Assembly (NCBI GenBank): GCA_964636355.1
Contig: CAZWRG010000003.1
Coordinates: 793 to 64,792 of the forward strand
Source of the DNA: an uncultured Candidatus Saccharibacteria bacterium
Lineage (GTDB): Bacteria; Patescibacteriota; Saccharimonadia; Saccharimonadales; JAGQNK01
Direction of reading: 5' to 3'
DNA: 64,000 bases
Position numbers and translations under genes: made by a program. The notes below the pieces were generated by a model that saw only the letters and a list, made by a program, of their open reading frames with translations, did no database searches and was not told the origin of the DNA. This document shows positions 26,536 to 35,067 of this stretch, piece after piece (position 1 is the first letter of the stretch; each line of letters opens with the position of its first letter).

Positions 26536-26547
26536 AATTGTGGATAA
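26536..26547 (+). promoter_or_regulatory. Second copy of AATTGTGGATAA (perfect DnaA-box 9-mer)
   Basis: Identical 12-mer to 15475-15486. Lies about 175 nt upstream of the minus-strand gene starting at 26365. Confidence 0.4.
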
Positions 26548-26592
26548 ATATTTAATTATTTTATAAGCGGAAGCTTAGCTTTTGGCGAAGAT

Positions 26593-27123
26593 TTATTGTT
26601 CGGTGGCGGTTGTATATAGCTGTCGTTCTACATTTTTTAAGACTTCAAAACAACTATCACCGAAGCTACGTGGTCGTAAATTGGGGTCTTTTAGTATGTC
26701 ACACAACGTTTCTAACCGGTCTGCTCTTAGCCCGATCACTCGCTTTGAGTCAGAGCTAAATACACAGTAATCATTAAACGGCAGCGTGTCACCGCTACTC
26801 ACAAACCTGGGCGATAATGAGCTAAAAATTCGCTGAGTTAAGCCAATTTGACCTCTTGCCTGGCGTTCAATTTCAGAAATTCGATTTTTTGCAATAAACG
26901 GAACTGGATCAGCGTCATCAGACAGTCGGGCCAATGTAACCAGTTGTGGATTGTAGTGAAGCGGCTCTTCATCAGATAGTGGTTGTGGGTGGTTACCGAT
27001 AATCTTAATTGTTACATCTTCAAAATCAGCGGTAATTTTTCCAAGTCGCGAGAATATCTCAGACAGGTGTCTGGTGGGTGCTAATATTTCTAATTTACTG
27101 AGTTGTTCTGGGGACCGCGACAT
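26593..27123 (-). CDS. Hypothetical protein (listed ORF extends to 27150)
   Basis: No motif recognised. Start at MSRSPEQL is preferred. Confidence 0.45.
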   Translation of the reverse strand: MSRSPEQLSKLEILAPTRHLSEIFSRLGKITADFEDVTIKIIGNHPQPLSDEEPLHYNPQLVTLARLSDDADPVPFIAKNRISEIERQARGQIGLTQRIFSSLSPRFVSSGDTLPFNDYCVFSSDSKRVIGLRADRLETLCDILKDPNLRPRSFGDSCFEVLKNVERQLYTTATEQ

Positions 27124-27165
27124 GACGCTATTACACCACAATAACGGCACGCAGGCAATCTTGGT

Positions 27166-29478
27166 TTATTTTTTGGTGGTTTTGCGGCGAGTAAAGCGCT
27201 TTTTAGCAGCCGGCGCTTCAGCGAGTAATTTTTTGGCCTGTTCGTGGGTGATGTCTTTAGGTTCGGTATCTTTGGGGATTTTGGCATTCTTTTTGCCATC
27301 GGTGATGTACGGGCCATAGCGTCCTTTGAGGACTTTTATACCGTCGCCAAAATCAGCAATGTTCTTTTCTGCTTCAGCCTGAAGCTTAGCCTCATAGAGG
27401 TCACGAGCTTCGGCTAGCGTAATGGTATGAGGATCGAGCGGCTTAATGCTTGCAAAGAGTTTATCGACTTGTATATAAGGACCGAACCGACCGATGTTGG
27501 CTTTGATATCTTTGCCATCTGCAGTTTGACCGACCAAGCGAGGCAGTTCAAAGGCTTTGAGGGCCTGTTCAATTGTAACGGTTTCTATCTTGGTGCCGCG
27601 TGGCAATGGCGCAAACTGCGGCTTGTCGGTATCGTCTGTCGCGCCGAGCTGAAGCATTGGTCCAAACCGGCCAAACCGTGCCAAAATTGGTTTGCCAGAC
27701 TTGGGGTCAATGCCGACTTCGCGTGACTGCCCAACGGTTGAGCGGTCGATTCCGCCAGATTTTTCTATTAGTTCATGGAACGGTGTGTAAAACTCATTTA
27801 GCATCTTATTGCGATCGAGTTTGCCGGCTGCTATCTGGTCAAATTCTTCCTCTACGTTGGCAGTAAAATCGTAATCTACTACTTGGTCAAAGTGGTTATT
27901 AAGAAAGTCGCTGATGAGCTGTCCGCTGGCCGTTGGCACTAGTTTGCCGCGATCAGAGCCGGTTTTTTCTTGAATAATCTCTCTGTTAACGGTGTTGTTC
28001 TGTAGATTTAGAACAATCACATCCCGCGGCGTGCCTTCGCTCTCGCCTTTTTCGGCGTAGCCGCGTACCTGCACAGTATTAATGATAGTGGCGTAGGTCG
28101 ATGGACGGCCAATTCCGAGGTCTTCGAGTTTTTTGACCAAGCTACCCTCGGTATAACGAGCCGGTGGCTTGGCAAAGATCTGTTTGGCGGTGGCTGATTG
28201 CAACTCTAGACTGTCGTTGACAGTCACTGCTGGCAGGATATCGGGATCTTTTTTGCTGGCTCCATACACTTTGAGGAAGCCATCAAACACAATGACTTCA
28301 CCTTTGGCTTCAAATGTTTCGGCTTGACCGGATATTGCTATAGTGACAGTGGTTTTCTCGAGCTTGGCTGATGCCATTTGGCTGGCTAGCGTGCGCCGGC
28401 GAATAAGATCATAGAGTTTCTGGTTATACTCGTCGCTGCTGGCCTTTTCGGCGCTGATATTTGTGGGGCGAATGGCTTCATGAGCTTCTTGGGCGCTGGC
28501 AGATTTGTTTTTAAAGGTTCTAATTTGATGATACTCTTTGCCAAATGCTTCGGTGACGTAATTTGTGATTTGTGAAAGTGCTTGCCCGCTCAAGACAACA
28601 GAGTCGGTACGCATGTAGGTGATTTTTCCCTCTTGGTAGAGTTTTTGGGCGGCCGACATGGTAGCTTTGGCGCTAAAACCGAGGCGGGCGTTGGCTTCCT
28701 GTTGCAGGGTGCTGGTGGTAAACGGTGCGCTGGGGTTGCGCGTGCCAGGACTAGTGACAACGTCGGTTACCGTAAATGTTTGACCAACAAGGCTTTCTAG
28801 GAAAGCCTGTGCTTCTGCTTCGGTTTCGAAACGTTTTGGTAATTCGGCTTTGAGTAAGCCATCATCTGTGCGGAATTCAGCCGTCACCTTAAAAGTAGAT
28901 GAGCTTGCAAAGGCGTCAATTTCTCGTTCGCGCTCCACCAGAAGCCGCACAGCTGGTGATTGGACGCGTCCGGCAGATTTGCCGCCTGGGACCTTTTGCC
29001 AAACGACTGGGCTGAGTTCAAAACCGACAATACGGTCCAGGATTTGTCGTGCTTGCTGAGCTTGGACGAGGTTCATATCGACGGTACGCGGGTTTTTGAT
29101 AGCTTCTTCGATAGCGCTCTTTGTGATTTCGTGAAATACAATTCGTTTAGTGGTTTTTGGGTCGAGTCCGAGCACCTCGCACAAATGCCAGGCAATCGCC
29201 TCTCCTTCGCGGTCTTCATCAGTTGCCAGCCAGACTTGTTCGGCTTCGCGAACGGCTTTTTTGAGTTCAGTAATGACCTTTTTCTTCTCTGGATCAATTT
29301 CGTAGACAGCCTTAAAGCCATTTTTGACATCGATAGCGTCGCTGCCGTCCTTGGTCTTTTTGGCGATTGACCGAATATGACCAACACTTGAAAGCACCTT
29401 AAAATCACTACCGAGATATTTCTCGATAGTCTTGGCTTTGGCCGGGCTCTCAACTATTACTAGATTTTTTGCGCTCAT
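27166..29478 (-). CDS. topA: DNA topoisomerase I
   Basis: TOPRIM N-terminus LVIVESPAKAKTIEKYLG, ATDEDREGE, active-site region ITYMRTDS. Zn-finger-less C-terminal repeats with a Lys-rich tail. Confidence 0.92.
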   Translation of the reverse strand: MSAKNLVIVESPAKAKTIEKYLGSDFKVLSSVGHIRSIAKKTKDGSDAIDVKNGFKAVYEIDPEKKKVITELKKAVREAEQVWLATDEDREGEAIAWHLCEVLGLDPKTTKRIVFHEITKSAIEEAIKNPRTVDMNLVQAQQARQILDRIVGFELSPVVWQKVPGGKSAGRVQSPAVRLLVEREREIDAFASSSTFKVTAEFRTDDGLLKAELPKRFETEAEAQAFLESLVGQTFTVTDVVTSPGTRNPSAPFTTSTLQQEANARLGFSAKATMSAAQKLYQEGKITYMRTDSVVLSGQALSQITNYVTEAFGKEYHQIRTFKNKSASAQEAHEAIRPTNISAEKASSDEYNQKLYDLIRRRTLASQMASAKLEKTTVTIAISGQAETFEAKGEVIVFDGFLKVYGASKKDPDILPAVTVNDSLELQSATAKQIFAKPPARYTEGSLVKKLEDLGIGRPSTYATIINTVQVRGYAEKGESEGTPRDVIVLNLQNNTVNREIIQEKTGSDRGKLVPTASGQLISDFLNNHFDQVVDYDFTANVEEEFDQIAAGKLDRNKMLNEFYTPFHELIEKSGGIDRSTVGQSREVGIDPKSGKPILARFGRFGPMLQLGATDDTDKPQFAPLPRGTKIETVTIEQALKAFELPRLVGQTADGKDIKANIGRFGPYIQVDKLFASIKPLDPHTITLAEARDLYEAKLQAEAEKNIADFGDGIKVLKGRYGPYITDGKKNAKIPKDTEPKDITHEQAKKLLAEAPAAKKRFTRRKTTKK

Positions 29479-29657
29479 GCTTTTATCACGTTACAGGTAT
29501 TAATTATCAATTGCAACTTTGAGATACAGATCCTTAAGTTAAATCTGTCCTGGCAAATACTTATGCAGCTAAGCCTGGACAATTAGCAATGCGCCGATTC
29601 GGCACAACAGGAAGTAAGACTATAGAGTTAGGGGCGTGGAGTCAATAGTTAATTTGT

Positions 29658-30026
29658 GCTTGAGGATTCTCCGGTAGCCTTCTTAAGCAAGCCCCTATTG
29701 CCTGCGGCCTCCTGGCCGCTGAGGCAAGCTACCTTTTCCATTCGGGGAAAAGGTAGCCCAAAAGCCGACAGGCGACTGTCTATTCTTGAAACGTCTGTTG
29801 TCAAAGACCACAATGCGGTAAGACGTTCCGCTAGCGCTGCTCAGTCTTCCGCATACTATTGTGGCTTTGACTAACATCCGTATCAGGAATAGCCAGAGCC
29901 TGAGGGGAAACTATGCAGCGACTCAGTCGCTGCTATTAATTAAATAGCGAGGCTTATGCCCCCGCTAGTATCCCTACAGGCTCTATTTAGGCAAAGGTTG
30001 AAAGCTTCCTGAGGTCAGACCTCAGG
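29658..30026 (+). ncRNA. Candidate structured RNA of unknown class, antisense to the flanking genes
   Basis: Helices at 29658-29688 (9 bp, 2 G.U valid only on +), 29704-29719, 29728-29757 (12 bp), 29801-29870 (nested), 29895-29984 (multibranch) and 30008-30026, then a T-rich tail. Confidence 0.4.
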
Positions 30027-30086
30027 TGGTCTTATTGGTTTTGGATAACTGCTTGTTGGATCAAAGAGGTATCGGATATGAGGTTT
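30005..30086. repeat. Copy A of an ~80-nt repeated intergenic element
   Basis: CTTCCTGAGGTCAGACCTCAGG is identical to 49864-49885. Further blocks (TTATT, TGCTT, TCAAA(G/A)AGGTAT, GATGAGG) are shared. Confidence 0.7.
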
Positions 30087-30122
30087 ACTGTTGTTATTTT
30101 AGATAGCGAGGAAATGTGACAT

Positions 30123-30980
30123 TTAGCAGATGGTCCAGTGGTTGGCGCCGGTGGAGCGGATTTTGCCAGTAATTTCCATCATCGTCAGTGTTTGATTAAA
30201 TGTAATGGCGTCTAGTTTACTATGACTCAGCAGAAGATTGCCCTCAGTTATTCCCTCTTTTAAGAGTTGTATAATTGCCTCTTCTTCAGCGTTAGCGGCC
30301 AGTGTTTGAACTATCTCCAGCTGCTCGCCAATGCCCAGCTCATTAAAAATATCTTGAGCAGAGGTTACAACAGAGGCGCCGGTTTTAATCAGATTATTGG
30401 TGCCGCGTGATAAGTTGCTGGTTATATTTCCTGGCACGGCCATAACGGTTTTACCCTGATCAAGCGCAAAGCCGGCAGTGTGCAGAGTGCCGCTTTTCTC
30501 CGCAGCTTCAGTTATTAATACTCCGCTGCTTAGACCAGAGACTAGCCGATTGCGGGCTATAAAGTGTGGTCTGAGCGGCGGCGTGCTTTCCGGATATTCG
30601 CTAATTAACGTTCCACCTTCCTCTAAGATCCGCTTGGCTAGTTGGCGGTTGGTGGAGGGATAGGGCTTGTCCAACCCGCATGGCAACACAGCGATAGTTC
30701 GGCCGCCGGCGTCCAGCGCGGCCTTATGGGCAATAGCATCGACCCCTAGCGCCAAGCCGCTGATAATTACTATGCCCTTCGCGGCTATTTGACTGACTAA
30801 ATCTTCAGTTACGCCCCTTCCATATGGTGTGACTTTGCGGCTGCCAACTACAGCTAACGAGTTGCTTTCATGAAGCAAATCGATGCTTCCGATCACGTAG
30901 ATTTCACCTGGCGAGTCTGGGATTCTCCGTAGATTTTCGGGAAAATGTACCGATTTTGAGCTGATTTTTTGAATTTTCAT
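30123..30980 (-). CDS. dprA: DNA processing protein DprA (Smf)
   Basis: VVGSRKVTPYGRGV ... SGLALGVDAIAHKAAL ... GTLHTAGFALDQGK Rossmann-like DprA core. Confidence 0.85.
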   Translation of the reverse strand: MKIQKISSKSVHFPENLRRIPDSPGEIYVIGSIDLLHESNSLAVVGSRKVTPYGRGVTEDLVSQIAAKGIVIISGLALGVDAIAHKAALDAGGRTIAVLPCGLDKPYPSTNRQLAKRILEEGGTLISEYPESTPPLRPHFIARNRLVSGLSSGVLITEAAEKSGTLHTAGFALDQGKTVMAVPGNITSNLSRGTNNLIKTGASVVTSAQDIFNELGIGEQLEIVQTLAANAEEEAIIQLLKEGITEGNLLLSHSKLDAITFNQTLTMMEITGKIRSTGANHWTIC

Positions 30981-31119
30981 ACCCTAGCCCCTGATTATTT
31001 GGCATATAACAGATTGAATAATCTGAACTTCAAGTATTTAACCTGCTTAAATACTAATGCTTTTAACTGCGTTTTACAATGATTTTATAGCTAAAACTGG
31101 ATAAAAAGTCCAAAAGGTA

Positions 31120-31147
31120 TTGACAAAGATAATATTTTTGCTAAAAT
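31120..31147 (+). promoter_or_regulatory. Strong promoter TTGACA-N16-TAAAAT (TGc extended -10) with no ORF behind it
   Basis: TTGACA at 31120-31125 and TGCTAAAAT at 31139-31147. Downstream sequence is non-coding and highly structured. Confidence 0.55.
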
Positions 31148-31337
31148 GACAACTTGTAATTACTGTAATGGTATTTACGCACCTTATACCCCTATTCTAA
31201 CATCTCGCTTATGCGAGATTTAAGTTAGAGTGTTTTAGAACGGCTACGTAAGTTGTTACCCTCCACTTATCTTAGCGGTGCCATTTCTCTTTTGGGAAAA
31301 GCGGCAACGTTCTAAAACATACTAACCCCTTTAACTT

Positions 31338-31632
31338 CCCGCACCTTTTAGCGGTATAATCGACGTATGTATTACGTCTACTTGCTAAAAAGTGAGGCTA
31401 CCAATAAATGGTATATAGGCTGTACAAGTGATCTGCGACGTCGATTAAATGAGCACAACAGATCAAAAAGTATTTCAACAAAAAGTGGAATACCTTGGAA
31501 GCTAATGTACTATGAGGCTTTTCCGACCGAGCAATCAGCTCTGCGACGAGAGCAGAAGCTCAAGCATCACGGAAAAGGACTTAGCGAACTGAAGCGACGC
31601 ATTATGCTCGGTTGATCGCTAAAAGGTGCGGG
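31338..31632 (+). repeat. Perfect 16-bp inverted repeat bracketing the GIY-YIG ORF
   Basis: CCCGCACCTTTTAGCG (31338-31353) and CGCTAAAAGGTGCGGG (31617-31632). The right arm starts 2 nt after the stop codon. Confidence 0.9.
31367..31615 (+). CDS. Stand-alone GIY-YIG (URI-domain, YhbQ/COG2827-like) nuclease, 82 aa
   Basis: YYVYLLKSEATNKWYIGCTSDLRRRLNEHN ... E(x)KLK pattern. TATAAT at 31355-31360 lies 6 nt before the ATG (leaderless-type). Confidence 0.8.
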   Translation: MYYVYLLKSEATNKWYIGCTSDLRRRLNEHNRSKSISTKSGIPWKLMYYEAFPTEQSALRREQKLKHHGKGLSELKRRIMLG

Positions 31633-32073
31633 ACCCGGTTCAAAGTGAGTACGTCAGGTATGCTCAGTCTGTCTGAGCGGCGCGAGTCTTTATGGAGTTT
31701 GGACATCGACGCTTACACTCGGGTGGGTTGAAGGGTATTACGGAGCTAATGCTTGCATTGGCTCCTGAAAAACGGTCTTCGAGCGGTGCCCACCCCCTCT
31801 CGGAGGCCGTTTTTCAGTTTATGCCCAGCCACGTTTCGCGCTCACATCCTGCGAGCCCAACTTCAACTTACTTGGGACAAGCCCCAAAACAGTTGATAGT
31901 TCTTGCGGTGAGTTACTGACTCACCTCACCCGAAACTTCATCTATGAAAACAAGTTTTCAAGAAAAGATTTCCTTGCATCATGCCACTGGCATGCTTCAC
32001 CCTCTGTGAGCTCTTTTTATTTTTTGACAAAAAGCGTTGCCTAGACCATAAAAAGTGATATAGTGCCAATAGT

Positions 32074-32385
32074 ATGATTGAAGATTATGAAGCAAGGTGT
32101 TTTAGGCTTGACACAGATGAAGCGTTTAGATTGAAAGCCGACAGAATGGAGATCCCTTTCAGAGAAGCGCCAGGGTTTCTCGCGTGGGTTCAATACAGAC
32201 AGGCTCTAAATGAGGAGATAGACCCTAGTGTTTACCCTTCAGGGGCTGATAAAAGCCACGTTGTGCAACGACAGATCACCGATCGAGATCTATTCGCGGG
32301 CATTATAGATATTTTGGAGCCGCACGTCGCCCCTTCAATCGCTAAAGGCGCAGAGTTATTGTTGAGGTCCCAGACAGATAGCTAG
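32074..32385 (+). CDS. Hypothetical protein
   Basis: 103-aa ORF. Its 3' end overlaps the convergent pth by 4 nt. Confidence 0.4.
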   Translation: MIEDYEARCFRLDTDEAFRLKADRMEIPFREAPGFLAWVQYRQALNEEIDPSVYPSGADKSHVVQRQITDRDLFAGIIDILEPHVAPSIAKGAELLLRSQTDS

Positions 32386-33023
32386 ATTAAGAAACTGCGG
32401 GTTTCGTGGGCTATTTGGCCGGAAAAAACAAAATCGGTTAGAATGCTGATTACTTCTTTGGTTAGGTTGTCTAGTTGGGCTTTTTCTTTGGCCGTGAACT
32501 TTGCTAAAACATAATCAGCGCTGTCCATGGCCTCTGGTCTGGAGCCGTCAATCCCAATTCTGACTCTGCCAAAATCTTCTCCGATACATTGAATAATCGA
32601 CTTCACCCCATTATTTCCGGCATCACTGCCACCGGTTCGGATCCTGATTTGCCCAAACTCAATCGCCAGCTCGTCATGAACAACTATGATCTGATCGCTG
32701 TGAATTTTATAAAAATGAGCGATTTTTTGAACCGCCTGGCCGCTTAGATTCATCATGGTGGTTGGCTTGCACAAAATAACCCTGGTATCGCCTAGATTAG
32801 AGCTAGTCATTAGGCACTTAAAATCCTTCTTTTCAATCCAGGGCTCAAACTCATGCGTTCTGGCGAATTCCTCCAGGCACTTAAAACCGATGTTATGACG
32901 AGTGTCTTGATATTTATCGCCAATATTTCCAAGGCCAACAATCAACACTGTTTTGTTGCTGCCAAGCGTAAAGAGCGGTTTGTTGTCGGTGATAGTGTGA
33001 GGGTTTCGCTGAAATAAAGCCAT
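32382..33023 (-). CDS. pth: Peptidyl-tRNA hydrolase
   Basis: LIVGLGNIGDKYQDTRHNIGF ... VVHDELAIEFGQIRIR ... GGSDAGNNGVKS. Confidence 0.9.
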   Translation of the reverse strand: MALFQRNPHTITDNKPLFTLGSNKTVLIVGLGNIGDKYQDTRHNIGFKCLEEFARTHEFEPWIEKKDFKCLMTSSNLGDTRVILCKPTTMMNLSGQAVQKIAHFYKIHSDQIIVVHDELAIEFGQIRIRTGGSDAGNNGVKSIIQCIGEDFGRVRIGIDGSRPEAMDSADYVLAKFTAKEKAQLDNLTKEVISILTDFVFSGQIAHETRSFLI

Positions 33024-33090
33024 TTGGTTTAGCTTAGCGCTAAACAGTTAAAAGTTCAAAAGTTTATAAAGCAGAAAGTAAAAACCAGCT

Positions 33091-33111
33091 GTAAAACGAC
33101 CGCCGTTTTAC
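33091..33111 (-). terminator. Terminator after der
   Basis: GTAAAACG / CGTTTTAC 8-bp stem. On the minus strand it is followed by GCTGGTTTTT. Confidence 0.6.
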
Positions 33112-33162
33112 CACCACCTTCCACCTTCTAACTTCTATCTTCCATCTTCTAACCTCCAACTC

Positions 33163-34506
33163 CTACTCCTTGGTGGGGCTGCGGCCGTGTTTGTGAGCGA
33201 CGTGTTTTTCAAAGAACCAAAATCTTACTGGCGTGCCTTCAAAACCATAGGCTTCTCGTAGCTTGCGGTCCATAAAACGTTTATAGCTCCAGTGTAGAAA
33301 TTTGGTTTGCGAGCCATAAACCTTGAAGTTGGTTGGCTCTTTGTCTTCCTGGACGATGTAGTTCAGCTTAGGCGAACGATTTTTAAGCCCAGCGGGTGGG
33401 TGCTCCATAGTGACTTGTTTGAGCCAACGGTTAAGCTCTGTAGTGCGGATTCGTTTATGACGGGCTTTGTCGATATCAAGTACTAAATCAAAAATTTTGG
33501 TGACGTTTTGACCAGTAACTGAGCTAGTAAAAATCAGCGGTGCCCAAGGTACGAACTCATAGTTTGCAGCAATTTGCGGTGCCATGTGGTCGCGGGTGTA
33601 GGCGTCTTTGTCCAGGCTGTCCCACTTGCTGACAACCAGTATTAGGCCCTTGCCGGCCTCTTTGACCATGCCGGCAATTTTTTGATCCAAGGCCACATTT
33701 ATCTCGTTGGCATCCATGAGCAGTAAGCAAATATCAGCTTGCTCGATGGCCGCCAACGAACGAACCACGCTGAAGCGTTCTATTCCCTGCCCGATTTTGC
33801 CGGAGCGCCGAATTCCGGCAGTGTCCATCAGCTCAATCTCTCGTCCTTCATACTTTACGGCTGTGCGGTTTACATCTCTGGTGGTTCCAGCTCTGTCAGC
33901 TACAATCGCTTGTTGTTTTTTAGCCAGAGCGTTAAACAGGGCTGATTTTCCGACGTTTGGGCGGCCCAGCAGCGCAACATGCAATCTATCGTCAGCCTCC
34001 TTGAGCGTAGCTTTTGGGATATTTGCCACAAGAGTATTTAAGAGATCTTCGATACCGCGGTGCTGAGTGGTGCTGGTCAGTAGGATGGGTTTAATACCCA
34101 GGCGCTGGAAATCAGCCGGCGCGGCTTTTGGTTTTTTATCGATTTTATTAACCACCAACATAACTGGCTTTTTACTTTTAAGCGCCAGCTTGGCGACCCG
34201 GCGGTCTTCTTCGGTGATAATAGAGTTGGCCTCGATGACCACCCAAATTACATCGGCGCTGTCGGCTGCTTGGGTGATTTGCTCTTGGATGGTAAATTCA
34301 AACTCATCCTCGGCGTCTTTAAGCCCAGCAGTGTCAACTAGCCAAAAATCCTGACCGTTGTGAGTGGCCTTGGCAGTGATACTGTCGCGGGTGGTGCCTG
34401 GCTCTCTGGCGACAATTGCCTCTCGCCGCTCTAATATGGCGTTAAAAAGACTTGATTTGCCCACATTTGCGCGGCCCACAATGGCCACAATTGGAAGTTT
34501 CTTCAT
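33163..34506 (-). CDS. der: Ribosome-associated GTPase Der (EngA)
   Basis: Two tandem G domains (GRANVGKSSLFN and GRPNVGKSALFN, DTAG twice, NKID / SKWD) followed by a KH-like C-terminus. Confidence 0.92.
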   Translation of the reverse strand: MKKLPIVAIVGRANVGKSSLFNAILERREAIVAREPGTTRDSITAKATHNGQDFWLVDTAGLKDAEDEFEFTIQEQITQAADSADVIWVVIEANSIITEEDRRVAKLALKSKKPVMLVVNKIDKKPKAAPADFQRLGIKPILLTSTTQHRGIEDLLNTLVANIPKATLKEADDRLHVALLGRPNVGKSALFNALAKKQQAIVADRAGTTRDVNRTAVKYEGREIELMDTAGIRRSGKIGQGIERFSVVRSLAAIEQADICLLLMDANEINVALDQKIAGMVKEAGKGLILVVSKWDSLDKDAYTRDHMAPQIAANYEFVPWAPLIFTSSVTGQNVTKIFDLVLDIDKARHKRIRTTELNRWLKQVTMEHPPAGLKNRSPKLNYIVQEDKEPTNFKVYGSQTKFLHWSYKRFMDRKLREAYGFEGTPVRFWFFEKHVAHKHGRSPTKE

Positions 34507-34544
34507 CCCTTATATTTTAACAGAGGTGTTCAAATTGGTATAGC

Positions 34545-35039
34545 TTAGGAATGGTTGTGGTAAATAGCCGAGCTGAACTTGTCTTGAAATTTGTCTAGAA
34601 AAAGGGTGAATTGAGAGTGCAGTGGTGTAGGTAGGTTGTCTAGCGTAAACCAGCCTTGGTCGTCAACGTTTTCGGGCTCCATAATTTTGACTTTTTTGGG
34701 GTCTACGTGCAAGGCGAAAATCATCGCCAGCCAGTGTGTTGGCAAGCCGTCCGGAGTTTGCCGGAAGGCGTCAAAATAGCCGATGAATTCATAATCTAAC
34801 GGTGTTACGCCGTATTCTTCTTTGACTTCCCTAAGCAGATTTTCTTCAATCGCCTGACCATGCTTCAGTCCGCCGCCGCCTGGATCCCAGCGGCCGTGTT
34901 CGTCGCGGGTATTTTTGCTTCTTTTTGTTAGAAAGATTTTGCCGTTGCCATCATGGCACACAAAAACAGTGGTGATTCCTGTAAAGCTAACGCCTTTATG
35001 TCTGCGTAGTTCTTCTGGGGTTAGCTTTTTGAAACTCAT
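34545..35039 (-). CDS. NUDIX hydrolase
   Basis: Nudix box GGGLKHGQAIEENLLREVKEEYGV. Confidence 0.8.
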   Translation of the reverse strand: MSFKKLTPEELRRHKGVSFTGITTVFVCHDGNGKIFLTKRSKNTRDEHGRWDPGGGGLKHGQAIEENLLREVKEEYGVTPLDYEFIGYFDAFRQTPDGLPTHWLAMIFALHVDPKKVKIMEPENVDDQGWFTLDNLPTPLHSQFTLFLDKFQDKFSSAIYHNHS

Positions 35040-35067
35040 TTACTAAATGATAGCAAACATGCATTAA

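Larger units (their letters stand above)
31154..32025 (+). ncRNA. Candidate ~0.9-kb structured transcript hosting the GIY-YIG cassette
   Basis: Helices at 31224-31326 (with a G.U valid only on +), 31338-31632 (16-bp IR) and 31765-31816 (19 bp, 2 U.G valid only on +), plus many short hairpins. T-run at 32012-32025. Confidence 0.35.

Noticed and set aside
27427-29453. Several listed ORFs (27427-27726, 27600-27866, 28582-28800, 28850-29059, 28960-29370, 29073-29453) inside topA
   Set aside because: They lie antisense to or out of frame with an unambiguous 770-aa topoisomerase I. Their sequences are low-complexity translation noise. The same reasoning applies to the many short ORFs nested in der, gltX, the kinases, ftsI, mraY, ftsW and the ABC genes.
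29656-29877. ORFs 29656-29874 (plus) and 29695-29877 (minus) between topA and dprA
   Set aside because: They overlap each other on opposite strands and coincide with long perfect helices. I treat them as by-products of a structured RNA region.
31692-31919. 75-aa plus-strand ORF downstream of the GIY-YIG gene
   Set aside because: It has no SD or promoter. Its sequence is Ser/Pro/His-rich noise that spans a 19-bp helix, so it is probably non-coding.
29560-32030. Identification of the two structured regions as RNase P RNA, tmRNA, SRP RNA, or a group I or group II intron
   Set aside because: I searched by eye for GAGGAAAGUCC and ACAGAA (RNase P). I also looked for a T-arm with a CCA end and an Ala-rich tag (tmRNA), GGAAGCAGC (SRP), the AGAGACUA-type R/S elements (group I), and a domain V hairpin (group II). 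None was found convincingly. GGACATCGACG at about 31713 resembles the tmRNA GGAUUCGACG, but there is no GGGG 5' end or T-arm. GTGCG at 31627 resembles a group II 5' end but lies inside the inverted repeat.
33112-33162. CT-rich quasi-repeat (CCACCTTCTAACTTCTATCTTCCATCTTCTAACCTCC) right after the der stop
   Set aside because: It is short and imperfect. On the coding strand it is a purine-rich run that could simply be spacer sequence before the der terminator, and there is no evidence for function.
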